Shown: positions 49,487-59,195 of the stretch, one piece after another
How positions within the stretch are numbered: position 1 is the stretch's first letter
Layout of the letters: each line of letters opens with the position of its first letter
Assembly: GCA_038087875.1 (NCBI GenBank)
Contig: CM075990.1
Coordinates: 13,022,001 to 13,086,000 of the forward strand
DNA from: Malacoraja senta
Lineage: Eukaryota
Length of the DNA: 64,000 bases
Reading direction: 5' to 3'
The notes under the pieces: generated by a model
Database searches by the model: none
What the model was told of the DNA's origin: nothing
Seen by the model: only the letters and a program-made list of their open reading frames with translations
Program-made: the position numbers and the translations under genes

Positions 49487-51102
49487 CTGCAGGAACAGGG
49501 GTAGGATCAGAACAAATGCAAGAAACGGCACAGTGCCTTCGACCAAATCATGCCCATGCTGTGCTTGGCATCAGCATTCAGCCATTCACATTCAAATCAA
49601 AACATCCCATTAATTTATCATCAATTTGTACGCATCAGCTAGAATCCCACACAAAAAAAAACTTTGCAGAATTTGATACATATTTGGAACGACTATGGCA
49701 CAGCTGGTAGAGCTGCTGCTTCATACAGCCCAGTGTCCCGGACTCAAACCTGACCTCTAGAGCTGTTAGTGTGGAGGTTGCTCATTCTCCCTGAGAATAT
49801 GTGTTTTCTCTTGGTGCTCTGGTGTCCCTCTCTCATGGCAAAGACGTGCAGATTAGGAGGTTAATCAGCCACTGTAAATTGACACTAGTTGTAGAGCGAA
49901 TGGCAGGATAAGGGGGTACTTCATGAGAGTATGGGGAAAGAAAATGGGATTAGAATAAATGGGCGCTTGATGCTCAGCATGGACTAGGTGGGCAGAACAG
50001 TCTTTATCTATGTATTAGGAGACTATGATTTAATATAATAGTAAGCTTTCAAATTACATTTCTACTTCAGAAAACGGTTCAGGTTGTTTGTTATTTTATT
50101 GTGTACCGAGGTACAAGGAAAAGCTTTATTTTGCACGCTATCCAATCAAATCAAATAATATTATACATAAATACAATCATGTCAAACTCAAGTACAATAG
50201 GTAGAGCAAAAGGGAAGAAATAGTGCAGAATATAGTTCTCAGCATTGTAATGCATCAGTTTCATAGACAAAGTCCAATGTCGGCAATGGGGTCGAGGTGA
50301 ATCGGACAGTACCCTAGCTTATGGAAGGACCATTCAGAAGCCTGATATCAGAGGGGAAGAAGCTGTTTCTGAGTCTAGTGGTGTGTACTTTCAAGCTCCT
50401 GCTCCTTTCCCCTGACAGGAACAGGGAGAAGGAATAACCGGGGTGGAACAAGTCTTTGATTACATTGGCTGCTTTTCCGAGGCAGCGTGAATGGTCAGTT
50501 GTTGTTCATTAGTTGATTCTCAGGTACTTGGGAGGAAATGTAATATTAAACAACAATTGGATTGAATTTCAGAGCAAGATTATGTCCTTTCAAGATCAAA
50601 CAATTCTGCTTCATAATTTGGCTGATGGAATAAATATGGAACAATACTACCCAGGTGCGTTTTTTCTCGTAAACCATGCTATTTAACAAAAGAATTTGCA
50701 AAGCTAATCCATTTCCTATTATGAAATGGCACCTGAGCAGTTTTGTCCCATGTTTCTTCCATTGGCCAAACTATGAAGCAGAGATGTGAATGTATGAATG
50801 AATGAATGCTACATTATTGTCACGTGTACCCAAGTACAGGGAAATAGTTTGTGTTGCAGACAATCTGGGCAGTACACAAGTGTGGCACGTTTTAGCGCCG
50901 ACAAAGTTACTAAACTACCGGACAGTCCTATTTACTGTCTGCCGATTCCCCATTGTCCTTGACCTTGAAATAGAATCAAATACACAGGACAAGATGTTAA
51001 GAAGTCCCTTGTGCCAATAGGTGGGGAGCATTTCACGACATTCGTTGATTGTTGAGAGTGGTAGACGCTCAACATCGGGGGGGGGTGGGGGGGGTAACCT
51101 TC

Positions 51103-51247
51103 AGGACAGTTGGGCACAGGACACATCATCAGTAGTGTACCCTTGCATCACTGGGTGTTTCGGCCTTTTAACACTATACACCCTCCACAAGGGCGGCCCG
51201 CTGCAGGATGATCAACCCTCAGCGCATGTCCCGTGTCAAACCGTCCC
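51103..51247 (-). ncRNA. Structured 3' UTR RNA of HERO with hammerhead-ribozyme core and kink-turn (candidate ribozyme)
   Basis: CUGAUGA at 51132-51126, GAAA at 51161-51158 and GUA at 51179-51177, each flanked by complementary stems. Covaries with the copy at 672-802. Confidence 0.6.
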
Positions 51248-51253
51248 AAAGAT

Positions 51254-54200
51254 TCACCCCGACATACTTGGGGCCCAGCATGGGTCTTTCCGCTTGAGCC
51301 AAATCCACCGGCTGCTTCTTTCAGCCGCCTCTGAGAGTGATCTTATGGTCTTCCGCAGAGCCTGACCGTGGATTCCAAGCTCCTTCAGCAGTCTGATGGT
51401 AGATGACGCAACAAATCCTCTGCATCCCACTTCAACTGGATAGACTTTGGTGTTCCAGCCACGCTGCGTTGCCTCTGCTGCAAGCTCTGCGTAGCGCAGC
51501 TTCTTACGCTCATAGGCCTCCTCAACAGAGTTCTCCCATGGAACTGTGAGCTCTATGATGTAAGCAGTCTTCTGTGAAGGGGACCAGAACACCAAGTCTG
51601 GCCTGAGGGTGGTGGAAGCAATTTCAGGTGGAAAAATTAGTTGTCGGCCGATGTCCGCCAGCATCCTCCAGTCACGGGCCCTGCATTGGCTTCCTTCTTC
51701 TGATCTGGTGGAAGGAAGTTTAGAAGTTTTCTGTCCTTCTCGGACAAAGGTTATTACCCTTAGGGGAGGGTTGCTTGCTCTCGGAGGCAAGGAGTTGGTC
51801 GCACACCGCCTGTTCTCAAGGGCTGATGCCAGGCTTTTTAGTACCTGATTATGCCGCCACGTGTATCTCCCTTGCGTGAGGCTGGTCTTGCAGCCTACCA
51901 TGATGTGTTTGAGGGTCGCTGGGGTTGGGCAGATGGCACAGGTTGGATCCTCGCCGTACCACTGATGGAGGTTCTTTGGTGATGGAAGCACGTCATATGT
52001 CGCTCTGATGATGAAGCTGATCTTGCTTGCTTCCATTTCCCATAGTTCTTTCCAGCTGATCTTCCTCCGCTCCACACCTTCCCACTGCATCCATTGCCCC
52101 TGCTTGGCAAGAGAGACCGCCTTTGCACTTCTTGCGGCCTCCTCCTGTCGCCGCACCTCCTCAACCACCAACGTCCTCCGCTCTGATGTTGTGGCCTTTC
52201 GCCAAGTTGGTTTACTTGTCGTAAGGCCAAAGCCTCCTCTTCCCTGCTGGACTTGCCCCACTATGTCTTTGTGCCTCAGGGCTGATGAAGCTTGCTGTAC
52301 TGCATCAGATGGTGTCCACTTCCGGCCAGTTGCTAGGGGCGGCGCAACAGCACTGATGATCTTGTCTCTAGAGTCCCTCAGTGTCATCTGGAGTCTTACT
52401 TTAGAACACTTATATTCCTCTGTTAGACTAGTGAGAGGTAGTTCCAGGACCCCTTTGCCATAGAGGCCGATGTTAGTTAGACATCGTGGGACACCGAGCC
52501 ATTTCTTCACGTATGAAGTTATGGTTCGCTCCATCTTCTCCACAGTTGTTATTGGGGCTTCATAAACGGTCAGTGGCCACATTGTCCGAGGAAGGAGTCC
52601 AAACTGTAGGCACCAGAGCTTCAGTTTCCCAGGCAGTAGGGTCTGATTGATGTTCTCCAGTCCATTGACAATTTCTTGCCTTAGTTGTTGCACCTGCTCT
52701 TTGTCCTTGAGACTTGCGTTATACCATCTTCCCAGGCTTTTAACTGGCTGCTCAGACACTGTTGGTATTGGGTCGTCACCAATACAGAACCTTGTGTCTC
52801 TAAGCACCCCCTTGACTATGGAGATGCTTCGAGATTTACTTGGTTTGATTTTCATTCGGGCCCACTTGATGTTCTCCTGCAGCTTTCCAAGTAGCCGCTT
52901 GGTGCATGCTGCAGTAGTGGTTAGTGTTGTCATGTCGTCCATGTATGCCCTGATGGGTGGCAGACGGAGCCCAGCCCTGGTTCGTTCACCGCCCACCACC
53001 CATTTTGAGGCCCTGATGATGACTTCCATGGCCATTGTAAAGGCCAAGGGTGAGACTGTGCAGCCTGCCATGATGCCTACTTCCAAGCGCTGCCATGTTG
53101 TACTGAAGTCAGCTGTTGTGAAGCACAGCTGCAGGTCTTGGTAATATTTCTTGACCAGTGTGGTGATGAGCTCTGGTACATGGAAAAAGGCAAAAGATTC
53201 CCAAAGGAGTTCATGGGGAACTGAACCAAATGCATTGGCCAGATCGAGGAAGATCACATGTAGGTCTCTCTTGTCCTTCTTAGCTGCTTGGATCTGGTGC
53301 CAGATCATGCTTGTATGCTCCAAGCAACCCGAAAATCCTGGAATTCCTGCTTTCTGTACAGATGTATCAATGTACTTGTTTGTTACCAGATAGGTGGACA
53401 GCCTTTGTGATACAATGCTAAAAAAGATTTTTCCTCGACGTTGAGGAGACATATTGGCCGGAATTGGCTGATGTCTGACGAATCCTTTTCTTTAGGTATT
53501 AGCACGCCGCCGGCCCTTCGCCAAGCCTTAGGTATTGTTTGCTTCTTCCACACCACCCTCATGAGCTTCCATAGAAAGCGTAACACATCTGGTGCGTTCT
53601 TATAGAGCTTGTATGGTACTCCGTTTGGCCCCGGAGCTGAAGCTGCTCTTGCTCGCCGGACCGTGTTCTCCACCTCTTTCCATCTCGGAGGGCTGGTGTC
53701 CATGTTGAATTCAGGTGGTTGAATAGGCGGGATGTCATGTGGGATGACCAACTGCTCATGCCTTTTCGTGTCTTTGTGGGCCTTTTCCAGGTGTTCCTCC
53801 AATTCCTGTTTTGATGTTTTCAAAGTTCCACTTTTTTCCTTTGCGAAGAGGTCTTTGATGAACTTGAAAGGGTCTTTATAGAACCGTGTTCTTGTGTGTT
53901 CTTTCTTCTTGCGAAGTTTCCTCAAGTTCTCTGCTTTTCGCAAGGTTGCCAATCGGTTCTTGATGTCCTCTTGGAGTAGCATGAGACCTTCTCTCTCTGC
54001 GTCAGTTGCTTTTTTCCATTGCTTTTTCAACTGTCTCCTCTCTCTGATTAGCCTCTCGATCTCCTGCTGCCTCCTGGACTTGATTGGTGTTGGTAATTTC
54101 TTTCCACCTCTCCCTTTACTCACCCCAAACCGTTCTTCTCCATAGCTGTAGATTGTGTTGCCCATCCTTTCAAGCTTTTCCACTGCTGTGCCCGTTTGTT

Positions 54201-54618
54201 GCTCCAAGATATGTATAAGGTCACTGTTGACCGTCTCCCACTCTTTCTTTTCAACAGCCTTGGGCCATTTCACTCCAGGTTTGTGCCCTTTGATCTTTCC
54301 CTCCAATGGAGGTCTTTGTAGTTGTTGCGTGGGCTCCTCCACCGGCATTTCTGTGCTTGTATCACCCTCTTCAGTGACATGGGTGCTGATGCTCTGCGAA
54401 CTTTGGTTTGTGTCCCGTCGCTGTGCTTCACTCGACTGATTTGACTGGTTGCTTCGTAAGAAGTACTGGTCAATGCGAGGCCCATGTTTCTGCTCTCTCA
54501 AGCACTTTTTCTTCCCTTGGTGGATCTTCAAGCCCTTCACTGATGTTAATTTCTCCCAACCACAGATGCACACCTGAAGTTTGTGTCCCGCAGCTGTTGT
54601 GGATGTCTCATGTGCCAT
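51254..54618 (-). pseudogene. HERO ORF (about 1121 aa if repaired) broken by a single 1-nt deletion at about 53433
   Basis: ORFs 54618-53383 and 53452-51254 overlap. Adding one G (GAGGAAAAATC to GAGGGAAAAATC) restores the conserved RPICLLNVEGKIFF. No other stops or shifts in 3.4 kb. Confidence 0.85.
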
Positions 54619-56896
54619 GAATATGAATGAGAAAGAATCTGGCCAGAAACCAACCTATGTCCCATATCATGGTACCTAACAGTTTCTAAATGAAGGAAAA
54701 GAATTAGGAGTAGGTTAACATCTCGTCTTTGCATTCAGAGGTACAATATGCCGGTTTCCTGTGTAATTATACACACAGCCAGCTCCTGCATACTGGCATT
54801 GCTGCTCTAGACAGAGCGAGCAGCTTCAATATCAGGTACTTCTTCGACAAGAATAACACACTTCAGACTCCCATTGACTCACTAATGGCAAAGAGTGGGA
54901 ACTGATGGGCCAAATACTCCTGGACTAATTACTAAATCAGAAAAATCCTTTGTGCAAGAATTAAAATCAAAAGTCCCCGCATCACCCGGCGTACTACATT
55001 AGAAATAACATATTCTTTAAATCAGCGGTGCTTTTGAGCAAATCCTAAAAGCCTGGGGGAAAGATTTCTGATAATTGCTTGCTTTAACATTTTGTGACTG
55101 AATTGAGTGGATGTCTCAGGAGAAGACGATGAATTTGTCTCAACTCAAGTTTTAATGAGGTTGACCAGTGGTATTTAAATAGTATCATTAAAAATGTGCT
55201 TCTAATTCATAACCTTTAAGATTATTCCTTTGATGGATGAAATGTGGTTTATTTGAGTCATCTAAGCCACGATGTGCGTTTTGTGCAGTGCGTTTGAAGG
55301 CATCATGCAAGTTTGGATGGAAAGTGCCCAAATCTCTCCAACACTGGGGCAGTGGAGTGGGGTTTCACATCAACTCATAACTTGATCTATGATTCACTGA
55401 AGAATCGACAACAAATGTTACAATTAATCAACACCTCCATTATCGTTGAACCATGTTACACCATGTCCACAGTAGTAAAACTTGGTCTGTTTTTACAACC
55501 ATGAATTGTGTGTTCCTAACCATCACACGTAATTTTATTCAGGGATGAGAATAAAAGAGTGAAATAAAGTACCTATCCAACATCAAAAATTCTGCAGCCC
55601 CCTTTTTGTTCTCACACTATATTAAGGTCCGATCTCTCAGGTTCCCTCTCGCCTATACTATTACAGGTGACTGCGCTAGGAACAAGCAGCACCCATTCAA
55701 ATCAAAGCAAATTTTCCACTTCAATGGAACTGGTGTGTAAAATTTGAGTGATAGATCTATCTAAACGATCATTGTCAAGAAGTATTTTCATCTTACACCG
55801 CACGACACCTGAAAGAAGTGTGGATCTGTGCAACTTAGTTCACTGGGAAATACATGTCTATCTGATCCGGAAGGTTGCTGTTCAAGACAACATTCCAGGA
55901 TTTTGGCACATTCCTATCAAATCCGTAGCGCAGTAGGAATGCTGCAATGTCAGAGATTCTGCCTTTGGATTAGACATTAAAAAGTCCTCCTATTTGTTCA
56001 GGTGGACGAGATTCCACAGCGCTATCTGGAGGTCAATAACGGATTCTTCCAATGCCCTTGATCAGTAGCCTTCCTTCTAATGAGCCATTAAAAAAAGATC
56101 ATGTCATCATTCATCTCTACTTGTTGAGAAAAATGAGAGATGATACCTCTAGTTTCCCCCTCCCCCGACTCTCAGTCTCAGGAAAGGTCTCAAACCAAAA
56201 CACCACCTATTCCTTTTCACCAGAGATGCTGCCTGACCAGCTCCAGCATTTTGTGTCTATCTTCAAGTCAAGTCAAGAGAGTTTATTGTCATGTGTCCCT
56301 GATAGGACAATGAAATTCTTGCTTGCTGCAGCACAACAGAGTATTGTAAACAAAAATGCAGAACAGTTCAGTTCAATCTTATTGATCTTACTGAAGCGTG
56401 AAATATTCTAATGTGGATTGATTCGGGTATATGCTGAGAGAATGATTCCCCTTGTGAGGGTATCAAGAACCAGGAGGTGTAGTTAAAGAATATGTCATTT
56501 AAGACATGAGGAGGAAGGATTTCTCTTTCAGAGGGTGATGGCTCTTTGGAAATCTCTACCTCAGAGCTCTGGAGGCAGTGTTAATGAAAATATTCAAGAT
56601 GGAGTTAAGGGGTATGGTGAAAAAGTAGGAATGCAATGTTGAGGCCGAGATTAGATCAGCCATGATATTACTGAATGGGTGGAAAAACCTGAAAGAACCA
56701 GTTGGCCCTGTCCTGTTTGTGGAATGTTTCCATCCACTGGTTAGTACAGTTCAAGTAATTTACTGTGTGAAATGTTTGTGAGACACGACAACTTAAATGA
56801 TGTTTCAGTCCAGTAGATCCATTCATTCTGCTTTCTGGAGTCAATTTACAATGGAATTAAGTTGCCTATGTGACACGACAGTGCCATTGCACTTAC

Positions 56897-57042
56897 CTTT
56901 GAATGCGTCTGTAGCTCCTGGTGCCCGGTTCTTATCGGGATGAAACTTTAAAGCTAGTTTTTTGTAGGCTTTCTTCAAGTCATCCTCTGAGGCTTCTTTG
57001 TTTAGCCCCAGGATTTCATAGTAATCTTTACATTTTTTTATT
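56897..57042 (-). CDS. DNAJB12: DNAJB12 coding exon 3 (J domain, HPD motif)
   Basis: gtgcag|A...G|gtaagt, 146 bp. Encodes [48 protein letters not shown]. Confidence 0.96.
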
Positions 57043-59014
57043 CTGCACATAGGACAGAACGCAGAGCAACTTATCAGTTTCCAGTAAGTAAACACTTCCA
57101 TGCTCAATGTGAACAATGTAGAAAATAGCACAGGAACAGGCCCTTTGACCCACAATGCGCTGAACATATTGTCAAGATAAACTAATCTTATCTATCTGCA
57201 CAATGATCAAAGGCAATTTGATAGGAATGATGCAATTTTATAGGAGCGGCAGTATAAATTAAATGACACAATTTTAAGAATGGCAGAGAAACTAAAATGT
57301 TGAATGCACACACAAAAAATAGAAACTAGTTGGACAGGTTTGGAAGACTATTCTAAAGACGGTTGGACAACAACAAATGATCAAGATATGCTAAACGCTC
57401 ATTAATCATTGATTACACCAGGTCTTTATAATCACTTCCTAAGTGAATAATATCAAGGCTTAGAAAGATTCTAGAATGGCATCAAGACTGTGGCACTCCA
57501 GTCATGTGGAGAGAGTCGAGAAGCAAGGATTGTTTCTCTGAGAGGAAAGAAAATGAAGAGGAGATTTAATAGTGGACTTCAAAACCACGAATCAAGAACG
57601 TCATCCCTCATTCTTCTGAACTCCAATGTGTACAAGTTTAACCTGTTCTAACACTTCTCACAAGACAACCCCTTCAGCCTGAGAATGAATCTTGTGATCA
57701 TTCCAATGCAAGTACATCCCTTCTTAACTAAGGAGATCCAAACTGTGTGCAGTGTGCTTTCATCAAAGCCCTGTACAATTGTAGCAAGACTTCCCTACTG
57801 AACATCGGGCCGTCCGTAGCGGCGACTGCGGAGGGCTCGGGGAGGCCCCGACCACGGGTGAACATTGGGGGAACATAAGAGGAAGAGACTGACTTTGGTG
57901 CCTTCCCTCACAGTGGCTAACTTTGATTCTGCTGTGTGGGGATGTTTTATGTTTAACTCTATCGTGTGTTGTGTTCTTTATTTTATTGTTTGGCTGTACG
58001 GTTATCTCATTTCACCGTGCCAACTGGCACATGTGACAAATAAATGTATCTTGTATCTTGTATCATACTTCATTCCAATAAAGTATAACATGCCACTGCC
58101 TTCCTAATGATATGCTTTGCTTACATACTAACATCCTGTGTTCAACTATGGGACTACTCAAATTTCTCTCTCTGCAGCATTTAGTTTCCCTCTGCTTAAA
58201 TAATATTCTACTTATCTAATCTTCCTAGCATAGTAATAATCTTAGATATCCCACTTTATTTTACCCTGCCAAATCTTTGGCCACTTCCTGGATCTTTTCG
58301 CAGACTCTATATTCTCCTCACAACCTGCTTTCCCATCTCTCTTCTCATCTTTAACAAATCTGACTCCATAGACACAGTCCTTTCATGCACATCATTAATA
58401 CCTTTCATACCATTAATCTCTTTCTGCAACAGTTTATAAAACAGTTATTTTTCCAGATCACCTTAATATCTTTGTGATTGGTTATAAGTTTAAGGCACTA
58501 AGTTCAGATCAAAGTTTTGCCAACTAAACACAGAATTTTATCAACATATATTTATTCTACTGAGGATCTTTGACACTGAATTATCAATTAATCATATTTC
58601 ACTGCACGAGACCAGATCTAAAATAAACCCTCCCATAAAACATTGTTTGAAGAAAATTACAAATGTGCAGATATTGGAAATCTGGAGTAAATATAGGAAG
58701 TGCTGGAAAATACACAACAGGTCAGACAGCATTTGTGGAAAGAGAAAGAGAGAGATGCTTCATCAGGAGTGGGAGAGATAAAAAGTGATTTTAAGTTTGT
58801 GGAGTCTGCACATTCAAGTGCCCAGTTGAAATCCCAAGCTTGCCACTTTCATTCTCCATCCCACACCCACTCTGGCCTTTCTGTCTGTGGCCTTTCTGTC
58901 CGTGGCCTCCTGCACTGTTTCAATGAGGGAAAAGGTAAACCTGAGGAACTACACATCATCAACCATCTGGATTATTTGTGCATTTTAGTGGGACATTCCA
59001 GCTCTTGCCCGTAC

Positions 59015-59195
59015 CTTTTCACAGCCTCGAGCTGGTCGACTGTATAGGTTTTACTCGTTTCTCCTGCTCCCTCTCCAGGGCTGGAGCCAGCGAACTTGTT
59101 TCCCTTCCTTTGGTGACAATCTGATGACTCTGAGGCATCTGTTGGCTTGAAGTTACCAGATGGATAACCATTCTGTGTCAAAGACTCTATCACAT
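59015..59195 (-). CDS. DNAJB12: DNAJB12 coding exon 2
   Basis: ttgcag|AT...AG|gtacgg, 181 bp. Encodes VIESLTQNG...GETSKTYTVDQLEAVKR (compare human LIESLNQK...YTAEQVAAVKR). Confidence 0.9.

Larger units (their letters stand above)
50802..54621 (-). mobile_element. HERO-clade non-LTR retrotransposon (RT plus restriction-like endonuclease), probably 5'-truncated, in DNAJB12 intron 3
   Basis: N-terminal zinc finger (CICG...GLKIHQGKKKC), RT motifs (LDLANAFGSV, AGCTVSP, YMDD), CCHC knuckle (CAIC-x7-H-x4-C), RHN, and RLE motif RPDLV...IIELTVPWE...KKLRY. Candidate 9-bp TSD tatgaatga at 50793-50801 and 54622-54630. Confidence 0.88.

Noticed and set aside
51126..51152. Box C/D snoRNA reading of the UGAUG and CUGA words
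   Set aside because: No proper RUGAUGA...CUGA terminal arrangement or guide sequence. The words are explained better by the kink-turn and hammerhead core that covary with the second copy.
51609..54439. Several plus-strand ORFs inside the HERO element
   Set aside because: Antisense shadows of the RT ORF.
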